Below are positions 29,683 to 37,898 of a stretch of DNA of 64,000 bases, piece after piece. The notes beneath the pieces are model-generated. The model made no database searches and was not told the origin of the DNA. It worked only from the letters and a program-made list of their open reading frames with translations. Source of the stretch: Candidatus Binataceae bacterium (lineage in GTDB: Bacteria > Desulfobacterota > Binatia > Binatales > Binataceae); assembly GCA_963752805.1 (NCBI GenBank), contig CAVWAA010000008.1:594-64593 (forward strand), read 5' to 3'. The position numbers and the translations under genes were made by a program. Positions within the stretch are counted from its first letter, which is position 1. The number at the start of each line of letters is the position of its first letter.

Positions 29683-31446
29683 ATGAAGCATAAGTACGAA
29701 GGAAAAGACTTACAGGGTCTGGTCGATCTCGGGCGAGAGCAGGGTTATTTAACCTTTGATCAGGTCAACGATTTCCTTCCCCAGGATGTGACCTCACCCA
29801 CCGACCTGCGGTCTGCGCTCGAGAGTTTCGAGGACATGGATATAAAGGTCCTCGATGACGTTCCGTCAGACGGCGTCGATGCGGAGTTGGAGACCGAGGT
29901 CAAGGAAGAATCAGAAGAGATTGCCGAACCTGCCACCCCTGCCGATACCGTCAGTGAGTCATCCGATCCGGTTCGACTCTATCTCAAAGAGATGGGCAAT
30001 TTCCAGCTCCTCTCCCGTGAGCAAGAGGTCGAAATCGCGAAACGCATCGAGGCCGGCGAACAGGAAGTCGAGGACGAGGTCCTGCGCTCGCCTGTTGCTC
30101 TGGACCGTGTCATCGATATCGCCGAGGAAATCGAGTCAGGCGAAGGCGACTTGCGGGATATCTTCGAGGAAAACGAAGAGCAGTCCGACCCTGACGAGGA
30201 GCGCGGCCCCGAGGCCAACGAAAAACAGTTCAAAAAACTCCTAACCGCCAAGAAAAATCTCTTGAAGCTCCGAGGCAAGATCGGCCAGGCAGAAGAGAAG
30301 CTGAAGAATAATCGGCCCAAGTCGTCGGCCAGGACCAAGCTCGAAAAAAATATCACGCACGAACGCGATAGGGTAAAGCGTGAGCTGCAGCGGCTAGAGC
30401 TTTCTCATCACGTCGAAAGCGCAATCATTAGCGAGATGCGCAGCTTGCTGCAGAGAAGCCGTGGCGCGCTCGCGATGATTCAGCATTACGAGCAGGCAAC
30501 CGGCCGTACCAAGACGCAACTGCTGCGTGAGGCTGGCGGCGCCGAGGACCGCCGCCATGTGCTGAAGGTCAACGGCACCCGCGAGAATCTGTTGGATATC
30601 GCAGCACGCATCAAGGAAGCACAGAAGAGCATTAAGGATGTCGAACATAAGGTAAAGGCGCCGACTGAGGACTTTGCCAAATCGCTCGAGATCATCGCCT
30701 CGGGTCAGGACAAGAGCCGTCGCGCTAAAAAGGAACTAACCGAGGCTAATCTGCGGCTGGTCGTCAGTCTTGCCAAGCGCTATACCAATCGCGGCCTGGG
30801 ATTTCTGGATCTCATTCAGGAAGGCAACATCGGCCTGATGCGCGCAGTCGACAAATTCGAGTATCAGCGCGGTTACAAGTTTTCCACTTATGCAACCTGG
30901 TGGATACGGCAATCGATGTCGCGCGCGATCGCCGATCAGGGCCGGACGATCCGAATCCCGGTTCATATGGTTGAAACGATTAACAAGCTGCTACGTGTGA
31001 CTCGCTTGCTGGTGCAACGGTTGGGACGCGAGCCTAGCCCGGAGGAAATCGCGGAGCAGATGGAGATGCCGCTGGACAAAGTCCAGAAGGTGCTGAAGAT
31101 TGTCAAGGAGCCGATCTCGCTCGAAACCCCGATCGGTGACGAAGAAGAAAGCTCGTTGGGCGACTTTGTCGAGGACGAACTGGCACCGTCACCGGTCGAA
31201 GCGGCAATCCAGGGAAATCTCGGTGAACAGACCCGGAAGGTACTCGCTACCCTGACGCCGCGCGAGGAACAGATTCTGCGCATGCGTTTTGGGATCGGCC
31301 AGAAGACCGACTACACGCTTGAAGAGGTCGGTAAGCAATTCGCCGTCACACGCGAACGGATCCGCCAAATCGAAGCCAAGGCGCTGCGCAAGCTCCGTCA
31401 GACCGGCCGCTCGCGCAATCTCGAAGGCTTCATGGAACGCGAATAG
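29683..31446 (+). CDS. rpoD: primary RNA polymerase sigma factor RpoD
   Basis: Start [28 protein letters not shown] is region 1.1. Other matches are [11 protein letters not shown], region 2 ([53 protein letters not shown]), region 3, and region 4 ([27 protein letters not shown]). Confidence 0.95.
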   Translation: MKHKYEGKDLQGLVDLGREQGYLTFDQVNDFLPQDVTSPTDLRSALESFEDMDIKVLDDVPSDGVDAELETEVKEESEEIAEPATPADTVSESSDPVRLYLKEMGNFQLLSREQEVEIAKRIEAGEQEVEDEVLRSPVALDRVIDIAEEIESGEGDLRDIFEENEEQSDPDEERGPEANEKQFKKLLTAKKNLLKLRGKIGQAEEKLKNNRPKSSARTKLEKNITHERDRVKRELQRLELSHHVESAIISEMRSLLQRSRGALAMIQHYEQATGRTKTQLLREAGGAEDRRHVLKVNGTRENLLDIAARIKEAQKSIKDVEHKVKAPTEDFAKSLEIIASGQDKSRRAKKELTEANLRLVVSLAKRYTNRGLGFLDLIQEGNIGLMRAVDKFEYQRGYKFSTYATWWIRQSMSRAIADQGRTIRIPVHMVETINKLLRVTRLLVQRLGREPSPEEIAEQMEMPLDKVQKVLKIVKEPISLETPIGDEEESSLGDFVEDELAPSPVEAAIQGNLGEQTRKVLATLTPREEQILRMRFGIGQKTDYTLEEVGKQFAVTRERIRQIEAKALRKLRQTGRSRNLEGFMERE

Positions 31447-31505
31447 CGCCGCGGTCGAGCCGGCGGCGGCAGCGCTGGCCTCTATCGACGTCTTCGAGCA
31501 GGATA

Positions 31506-32525
31506 ATGAACGGAATGCTCGGACAACAGGATCGATCATTCGATAGTGGTTGCGACAGTGGCCGCGACTTCGATGCGGCCCTCAGGCGCCGGGGACTGGA
31601 CTTGCTTCGCCGCGAGCGGCCGCCGCAGACGATGCAAGTAAACGTTGGCAAGCTTTGCAATCAGGCCTGCCATCATTGCCACGTCGATGCGAGCCCTAAG
31701 CGAATTGAGGTGATGACCCGCGCTACCGCGCAGCGCGTGTTCGAACTACTTACTAACAGCCCTTCGATCAATGAAGTCGATATCACGGGAGGAGCGCCCG
31801 AGCTGAACCCCAATTTCAAGTGGCTAGTTGAGGAGGCGCGGGCCCGCGAATACGCAGTTATAGTTCGTTGCAACCTCACGGTGCTGTTCGAACCCGGCAT
31901 GGAGTGGCTCCCGGATTTTTATCGTGACCATCGGGTGCGCCTGGTCTGCTCGCTGCCTTGCTATAGCCGCGAAAACGTCGAGCGGCAGCGGGGCGCGGGA
32001 GTCTTCTCCAAAAGTATTCAGGCACTGCAACGGCTTAATCGCCTTGGCTTCGGCCGCGAATTTAAGCTGGACCTGGTTTACAATCCGGTAGGTCCGTTGC
32101 TGCCGCCTCCGCAAGAGCAGCTTGAATCGCGCTATCGCGAAGAACTGGGCCGCAATTTCGCGATCGTGTTTGACCGGCTGCTCACCATCACTAATATGCC
32201 GATCAACCGATTTGCGCGACAGTTGCACGATTGGGGCAAGTTCTCGGAATACATGGGTCTGCTGGTCAACCATTTCAACCCGGCGACGGTCGAGGCTCTG
32301 ATGTGCCGCGGACTCGTCAGCGTAAGCTGGGACGGCAGATTATTTGATTGCGATTTCAATCAAATGCTGGAAATGCCTATTCTCGGCGGCAACGCTCACC
32401 TTCCTCTTTCGATTTGGCAGATTGACGATCTGAGCGCACTGAGCGGAGCCTCAATCGCGACCGGTTCTCATTGCTTCGGGTGTACTGCTGGGGCTGGCTC
32501 CAGTTGCGGCGGCGCTCTGGCCTAG
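31506..32525 (+). CDS. radical SAM / Cys-rich domain protein of the ArsS (arsenosugar-biosynthesis-type) family
   Basis: It has LQVNVGKLCNQACHHCHV (CxxxCxxC) and the C-terminal Cys cluster SHCFGCTAGAGSSCGG. The last Cys is a TGC codon, not TGA. Confidence 0.75.
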   Translation: MNGMLGQQDRSFDSGCDSGRDFDAALRRRGLDLLRRERPPQTMQVNVGKLCNQACHHCHVDASPKRIEVMTRATAQRVFELLTNSPSINEVDITGGAPELNPNFKWLVEEARAREYAVIVRCNLTVLFEPGMEWLPDFYRDHRVRLVCSLPCYSRENVERQRGAGVFSKSIQALQRLNRLGFGREFKLDLVYNPVGPLLPPPQEQLESRYREELGRNFAIVFDRLLTITNMPINRFARQLHDWGKFSEYMGLLVNHFNPATVEALMCRGLVSVSWDGRLFDCDFNQMLEMPILGGNAHLPLSIWQIDDLSALSGASIATGSHCFGCTAGAGSSCGGALA

Positions 32526-32585
32526 CGTCTTCGCGCAGATCGCCAGGGCGGATAAAGGAGTCGCCGCACGGCGGCGCCGAGCTTG

Positions 32586-33158
32586 ATGAATACCACAATT
32601 GAACCGGGCGTTCGTGAGTTCGACGCTCGAGCGTATAGTCGCACCGCTGAGCGAAGACTCGGCGGGTATCACCGGCTCGCCGCCGAGCTCATCGCCCTGA
32701 TTTATATTGCCGTGATCGCCGAGATTGCTTACGCCACCGGCGCCTTTTACATACTATTCCCTGAACTCGGCGCGCTTTCCCACGATGTGTTTACACGGCC
32801 GCGCGGCACCTGGGCAGCTGCGCCGGTTCTGCTGGCAATTACGCCGGTTTTGACGGGCGCCATCGGCATCGTCTTCACGCGTGCACTGCCGTATGGATAT
32901 CCCTCAGTGCTGCTTACGGTAGCCGGCGCCGTAGCGGTGATATTTGCGCTGAAGTCACCGATCGCGCCCGCGATTTCGGCTGGTCTGTTGCCGCTGACGC
33001 TGGGGGTCAAAAGCTGGTTGTACCCACCTGGCATTTTGTTAGGTACAGTCCTGTTGGCCGGGCTGTCAATCCCGTGGAAAAAGCTAAGCGTTGCGCAGAA
33101 CTGGCTTGAGCCGTTGAGCCCGGTAAAAGTCGCGGACGAAGCTGTCCGAACAGATTGA
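32586..33158 (+). CDS. HPP-family integral membrane protein
   Basis: The pattern is ...YILFPELGALSHDVF...ITPVLTGAIG...SPIAPAISAGLLPLTLGVKSWLYP. Confidence 0.55.
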   Translation: MNTTIEPGVREFDARAYSRTAERRLGGYHRLAAELIALIYIAVIAEIAYATGAFYILFPELGALSHDVFTRPRGTWAAAPVLLAITPVLTGAIGIVFTRALPYGYPSVLLTVAGAVAVIFALKSPIAPAISAGLLPLTLGVKSWLYPPGILLGTVLLAGLSIPWKKLSVAQNWLEPLSPVKVADEAVRTD

Positions 33159-33186
33159 CAGCGGATGGTTCTGGCTCGCTGCCCTA

Positions 33187-33663
33187 ATGATTTTCGTAAC
33201 GCTGGCGGTCTTCAGCGTCGAACTGAGTGGGCATCCAGCGATCCAGATGTTGTTGGGAAATTCGAGAGAGCTGCGTTTCATACTATTTCCACCGCTGGTG
33301 GTGATCGGCTTCGAGATGTTCGGCCATACTGCTATCTGCCCGTGGGCGCGAAGGCCTCTGCTGCTGCCTGCCGCGTGCTTTGTGACCGCCGCAGGTGGAC
33401 TGCTCTTCTGGAATTTGCTCGGCGACGGAGCGGCCGCCGCCGCATTCAGTATGGCGTGGGGCATCGCGGTGCTGCGGCTGTTCGATCTGCACGTCCCGCC
33501 GGCTCTTGCCGTCGCTCTCTTGCCACAAGTGATGGCTTCCCCGACGATCGCCTATCCCTTGTCGGTCGGCACCGGCACGCTTTTGCTGACGTGTTGGTTT
33601 CTTTTATACAGGTCGCTGGCACGGATGTGGACGGCGAAGCCAGCCGTCACCCGGCTCTCATAA
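33187..33663 (+). CDS. second, divergent HPP-like integral membrane protein
   Basis: It reads ...RFILFPPLVVIGFEMF...VPPALAVALLPQVMASPTIAYP. This parallels the upstream paralogue, and it has 4-5 TM segments. Confidence 0.45.
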   Translation: MIFVTLAVFSVELSGHPAIQMLLGNSRELRFILFPPLVVIGFEMFGHTAICPWARRPLLLPAACFVTAAGGLLFWNLLGDGAAAAAFSMAWGIAVLRLFDLHVPPALAVALLPQVMASPTIAYPLSVGTGTLLLTCWFLLYRSLARMWTAKPAVTRLS

Positions 33664-33746
33664 TCTCCAAGCGTCGGGGATGAAGTGACGGTAAATCCTA
33701 AGGGCAAGAGGCCCAGCGGAACATCTTGGACGACATCAGTGGTGAT

Positions 33747-35642
33747 TCAGAGGAGCGCGCGCCAGCGAAGAGTTTGCTTCGCCTCCTCCGATTCTTCGAG
33801 CCACGCGCGGATTGCAGACCTGACATCGCTGTCTGAAAGTATCCCATCAAGTTTGCCCGGGTTGTCGCGCTCAACCACTGGCACACGACCTAAGCCTTCT
33901 CTCGCCATCAGATCGATTGCTTGGCGCAAGCTGTTATCTTTGAACGTTACGACGAATGGGCCGCGTACGAGCTCGCCGACTCGTTTCGAGTCCGGCTCCC
34001 TAAGATCCAGCAAATCGCGCTGGCTAATCAAGCCAACAAGCCGCTGTCGTTGATCGACGACCGGAAACCCATGGTGCGTACTTCCTGGCCCACGCTGAGC
34101 TATCCAAGAGCGAACCTCCCCTAAAGTCTGATTCGCCTGCAGTGACACCACCTGTGATGAGGCTACCTCGCGCACCGAGATCCGTTCGAGAAAGTCCGCG
34201 GCGTAGTCGACCGGGACTTGGACACCTCGCCGGGCAATCTTCTCGGTCATGATCGTGTGTTTCATGAGCAAGGCCGAAACCAGAAAAGCAGGAGCACAGC
34301 CCGCAGTGATTGGCAGCAAAGCCAGAGGTTGCAAGGTGGTCTCAAACGCGAACACGATTGAGGCAAGTAGTGCACGCGATGCGCCCGCAAACATCGCCGC
34401 CATGCCGATGAGAGCAGCAACTCGAACATCTAGTCCGACACCGGGGAAAAGAGCGACCGTGCCCACACCCATAGCCGCTCCCATTGCTCCACCAATGGTG
34501 AATAACGGAGCGAGCGTCCCGCCTGACGTGCCGCTGCCGAGCGCGATCGCCCAGGAGATGAATTTAAAAGCGCAAAGCTGCAATAAGGTCTGACCGGCTA
34601 GTGTCCCCGACAGCTCGTCTCTTACGTTGTAGTAGCCGACGCCCAATGTGCGGGGAGCGCAATAGCCAATGATACCTACAACCACGCCGCCGACCGCCGG
34701 CCACCACATCCAGTGGATCGGCAAAGCATCAAATCCATCCTCCGCAAGATAAACGGCGCGCGTCACACCCACCGAAGCGACCCCTACGAGCACCCCAAGA
34801 ATCACATAGAAAGCTAGGGCAGTCTGAGTTGGTGAGCCAACATTGGGCATCTGGAAAATGGGCGTAGCCCCCATAAACTTGAGGCGAAGCGCAGTCGCCG
34901 CCGCGCAGGCAAAAGCGACGGGTATTAGCGAGCGCGGTCGGAACTCGAACAGCAGCAGCTCGATTGCTAGCAGGATAGCCGACACTGGGCTGCCGAAGGT
35001 TGCCGCCATTCCCGCAGCGGCTCCGGCTGATAGAAGGATCTTGCGCTCGTCTCCCGTAGTTTTCAGAAGCTGGCCAATCAACGAACCGAGCGCTCCGCCG
35101 GTTGCAATAATCGGCCCCTCTGCGCCAAAGGGACCGCCTGTCCCGATAGCGATAGCTGCAGAAATCGGCTTGAGGAAAGTCAGACGGGGGCGAATGCGGC
35201 TCTGATTCCGAAGTATCTGCTCCATCACTTCCGGAATCCCGTGCCCACGAATGGCTTCTGAACCGTAGCGAGCCATCAGACCAACCACCACCCCGCCTAG
35301 TACAGGGACAAGTATTACGAACACCCCGAGATGATTGGCGGCGGGCGAGAGGAATTGCGTAGTCAGCCGGCCGTAAAAGCACAAGTTGGTTATAAGACCA
35401 ATTAAGGCCAAGAGGACCTGTGCTACCACACCCGCGGCAAGTCCAATCACAATTGCGATCAGGCTGAGGAAAACGACGCGCGCGCTGACGGTTGTCGAAA
35501 GCTGTGGAGTCACCACTGACTCCAGCGCGACCCCCATTGATGGAGCCACAGGTAAACCCTCTGTTGATGATGAATCAGCGATGCTGCGTTCGGGGACGGT
35601 GGAACCGTCAGTATGTTTCAGTGGCGGTGGCATGGAGGGCAT
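33747..35642 (-). CDS. ClC-family chloride channel / H+-Cl- exchanger with C-terminal CBS pair
   Basis: It has GSEAIRGHGIPEV, GTGGPFGAEGPIIATG and GTLAPLF. The C-terminal CBS-like repeats include ...VREVASSQVVSL... and ...HHGFPVVD...LVGLISQRDLL. Confidence 0.9.
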   Translation of the reverse strand: MPSMPPPLKHTDGSTVPERSIADSSSTEGLPVAPSMGVALESVVTPQLSTTVSARVVFLSLIAIVIGLAAGVVAQVLLALIGLITNLCFYGRLTTQFLSPAANHLGVFVILVPVLGGVVVGLMARYGSEAIRGHGIPEVMEQILRNQSRIRPRLTFLKPISAAIAIGTGGPFGAEGPIIATGGALGSLIGQLLKTTGDERKILLSAGAAAGMAATFGSPVSAILLAIELLLFEFRPRSLIPVAFACAAATALRLKFMGATPIFQMPNVGSPTQTALAFYVILGVLVGVASVGVTRAVYLAEDGFDALPIHWMWWPAVGGVVVGIIGYCAPRTLGVGYYNVRDELSGTLAGQTLLQLCAFKFISWAIALGSGTSGGTLAPLFTIGGAMGAAMGVGTVALFPGVGLDVRVAALIGMAAMFAGASRALLASIVFAFETTLQPLALLPITAGCAPAFLVSALLMKHTIMTEKIARRGVQVPVDYAADFLERISVREVASSQVVSLQANQTLGEVRSWIAQRGPGSTHHGFPVVDQRQRLVGLISQRDLLDLREPDSKRVGELVRGPFVVTFKDNSLRQAIDLMAREGLGRVPVVERDNPGKLDGILSDSDVRSAIRAWLEESEEAKQTLRWRALL

Positions 35643-35683
35643 GGCCTTTCATTTCGGTGCTGATTCGTATTTGCCTAATAGCA

Positions 35684-36073
35684 TCATTGATCCGGGTGGA
35701 TTGAAGCGCCGGCAGCCGTCAACTGTGCAGGCTCCGACCACAATAACTTTTCTTTCGAACCGCGCAAATCGAGAAGCGCTGTCCCCTCTTCCAACGCACA
35801 GAAAGCGATGAGTGGTTTCTGACGTGTATCCTTGAGGAGAAAGCATGGTCGCTGGCTACCAGTCCCTCCTTCGAGGCGCACGCGTTCGTTACCACTGCTA
35901 TCCATGATTCTTAAATATCCGGAGTCTTGACTCACCCCGAGTTCGGCTCGAGTGGAGCCGTTTGAATCGATCACGATCACGCGCGGAGCAACCGACTGCG
36001 TCACCATGAGGAGCCGGTTCGAGATTATTCCACCCAGCCCACCGCGCCGATTGCAATCACAAAGGCTATCCAA
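35684..36073 (-). CDS. hypothetical protein (possibly the remainder of a frame-broken membrane-anchored protein)
   Basis: It is 129 aa with a TTG start and no recognisable family. Upstream, at 36074-36170, other frames encode MMNSDVIWLALGAGAAAA... and ...LVGGLMSFRKDRWIAFVIAIGAVGWVE, which are TM-like. Confidence 0.3.
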   Translation of the reverse strand: MDSLCDCNRRGGLGGIISNRLLMVTQSVAPRVIVIDSNGSTRAELGVSQDSGYLRIMDSSGNERVRLEGGTGSQRPCFLLKDTRQKPLIAFCALEEGTALLDLRGSKEKLLWSEPAQLTAAGASIHPDQ

Positions 36074-36368
36074 CGATCCTTACGAAAAGACATCAGGCCG
36101 CCGACCAAGCGCGGCCGCCGCGCCCGCGCCTAGCGCAAGCCAAATCACATCGCTGTTCATCATCGCTCCGCCTTGTACCCGGGTAGAAAGGATGTGAGAT
36201 CTGCCGAAGGTTGTCAAAGACCATCATAAAATCGTACCGCTAGTAGTTGGAATCTATGTCGCCACGACCAATCTTCGCATCACCAAATCATTTAAGGACA
36301 ACCTGAGGTCACCTTCAAATCGGCGATTGAAGGAGACGCTTGGCTTGACGTCTAAGTAGGCGACCCGG

Positions 36369-36398
36369 TTGACATTTAAGCGTGTACTTAAATATACT
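36369..36398 (+). promoter_or_regulatory. sigma70-like promoter with operator palindrome; predicts a leaderless arsR mRNA
   Basis: TTGACA (36369-36374), an 18-nt spacer containing TTTAAG-N6-CTTAAA (36375-36392), then TATACT (36393-36398). The ATG at 36405 lies only 6 nt after the -10 box. Confidence 0.5.
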
Positions 36399-36404
36399 GC
36401 ACTC

Positions 36405-36719
36405 ATGCAGCCGGCCGGTGACGTTTTTCATGCAATCGCCGATGCAAACCGCCGCAAGCTGCTGGACGTGCTGGCGGCTGGCGATTTGCCGGCGCAGGAA
36501 CTGGCGAGCCGTTTCGATGTTTCCTTTGCGGCGGTCTCGCAGCATTTGAAGGTGCTCCGCGATGCGGGGTTGGTAAAGCGCCGGGCCGAGGGCCGGCAAC
36601 GTATCTATAGCCTGGCACCTTTGCGGCTGCGCGAGGTCGACGATTGGACCGCGCGCTATCGCAAATTCTGGCAGGGCCGCCTGAAACGGCTCCGCTCCTA
36701 TCTCAATGAGGAACAATGA
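36405..36719 (+). CDS. ArsR/SmtB-family transcriptional regulator (copy 1)
   Basis: It reads FHAIADANRRKLLDVLAAGDLPAQELASRFDVSFAAVSQHLKVLRDAGLV, a wHTH. Confidence 0.85.
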   Translation: MQPAGDVFHAIADANRRKLLDVLAAGDLPAQELASRFDVSFAAVSQHLKVLRDAGLVKRRAEGRQRIYSLAPLRLREVDDWTARYRKFWQGRLKRLRSYLNEEQ

Positions 36720-37185
36720 AGCTCAACGTTCTACTGGTCGAGGACCTTCCGCATCCGGTCGAGAAAGTGTGGCGGGCGTTAACCGACCCCGATGCATTGC
36801 GCGTATGGCTGATGGATAGCGATTCGAGGCGCGCATCGGGAAGCGCTTCGTTCTGCGTGGCCGTGAGATCCGCAAGGGCGCAGCCGTCAATACTGATTTC
36901 AACTATGACTATCATGTGTCGTTCAGGCCGTCGGAAGTCCCAGGAAGCGAGATCTATCACAACTATCGGCAGAAACAGAGTTCATTGAGCGAAGTGGCAG
37001 GAGTGAGCGTGTTCTTCAAGGACCCGCATGAAAACATTTTTCATACTTATTCATGTTACGAACGCGGCCTCGACATGCTTAATGCCGGCTACCATTTGCT
37101 GGACCTTGTTCCGAAGGCTCGCGATGAGGACAGCTTGCCGTTTCCCCAAGCCTGGGTCCGTTACCGCGACAGCTACGAAGATTAG
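36716..37185 (+). pseudogene. chimeric remnant: 5' part of an SRPBCC/AHSA1-like gene fused to the 3' part of a DUF899 gene
   Basis: MKLNVLLVEDLPHPVEKVWRALTDPDALRVWLMDSD is followed by a frameshift in TT at 36823-36824. After it comes FEARIGKRFVLRGREIRKGAAV, which is SRPBCC-like. This joins directly to NTDFNYDYHVSF...VSVFFKDPHENIFHTYSCYERGLDML...WVRYRDSYED, the DUF899 C-terminal half. Compare the 44106-44844 paralogue. Confidence 0.7.
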
Positions 37186-37367
37186 CAGGGTGGCGCTTGA
37201 ATAGGGCTCGGCCGGCGCCCGAAAAACGATCCGGTCAAGCGGTTCGGGGTTGCGCCTCGGTTTGGGCGTGATTCTGACCGACAAGATTGTATCGTTTGCG
37301 GAAGAACGGGCTTGAGAGGGATGGATACGTCGGCGTGTCCGAGCGACTGATAGGCTTGGCGATTGTC

Positions 37368-37895
37368 CTAGCCCTCAAGCCAGGCGCCTAGGCCGTAGTA
37401 AACAGTTTCGAGTGCTGGCAACAGACACCAGTCGTGATATGGAAAGCGCATGGCAATGAAAAAACCCCAAATTGACGCCAGAGCACCGACGTACTGTGGA
37501 TGATCGAAGAGCGAAAAGGGAAATTCGCGGCACCATGGAATCTGATGACCGAACCGGCCGCCGTAAAATACTCCCATGCTGCCCAAACGATAGAAAACCC
37601 CCAAATTCAGTCCCTGCCCGAAGATCACAAGCATCGCGCCGATTGTGAGTGGAACGATGCTTTTGTGAACCGGTACCCATGAACCGTGGCCAAATGAGTA
37701 GCACCAGGCGAGGAACGTCGAAAATTGAAGTGCCTTGAAAAAATAAAACACCCGCCTGAGTGCAGTCACCGGCTGGCCCAGAATCCCACCCAACCCGCAT
37801 TGGCAGGTCGCGCGAAAAGAGTCAGGATAGCGAGACACGCAGACGTACGCTATTCGCTCGAGACTCAGTAGGCCGGCTGCAGCAATAAAAATCAA
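37368..37895 (-). CDS. PEMT-family (phospholipid N-methyltransferase-like) integral membrane methyltransferase
   Basis: It is 175 aa with a TTG start 3 nt after the upstream stop. It is polytopic. The C-terminal motif GQGLNLGVFYRLGSMGVFYGGRFGHQIPWCREFPFSLFDHPQYVGALASIWGF resembles the PEMT pattern LG..G.Y.GD.FG...FPF...HPMY.G. Confidence 0.6.
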   Translation of the reverse strand: MIFIAAAGLLSLERIAYVCVSRYPDSFRATCQCGLGGILGQPVTALRRVFYFFKALQFSTFLAWCYSFGHGSWVPVHKSIVPLTIGAMLVIFGQGLNLGVFYRLGSMGVFYGGRFGHQIPWCREFPFSLFDHPQYVGALASIWGFFIAMRFPYHDWCLLPALETVYYGLGAWLEG

Positions 37896-37898
37896 GCT

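Noticed and set aside
32500-32525. Selenocysteine recoding in the ArsS-like radical SAM protein
   Set aside because: The family's variable Sec/Cys position is encoded here by TGC (GSSCGG). The ORF ends at a normal TAG, and no in-frame TGA or SECIS-like hairpin is needed.
33127-33187. The two HPP genes as one frameshifted gene
   Set aside because: Each ORF alone has the size and TM count of a full HPP-family protein. The second frame is closed by a TAA at 33124-33126. Tandem paralogues are the simpler reading, but this is not proven.
35643-35683. Fluoride riboswitch in front of the ClC gene
   Set aside because: The gap is only 41 nt and shows none of the conserved crcB-motif segments. The ClC protein carries CBS domains typical of chloride-type rather than fluoride-type ClCs.
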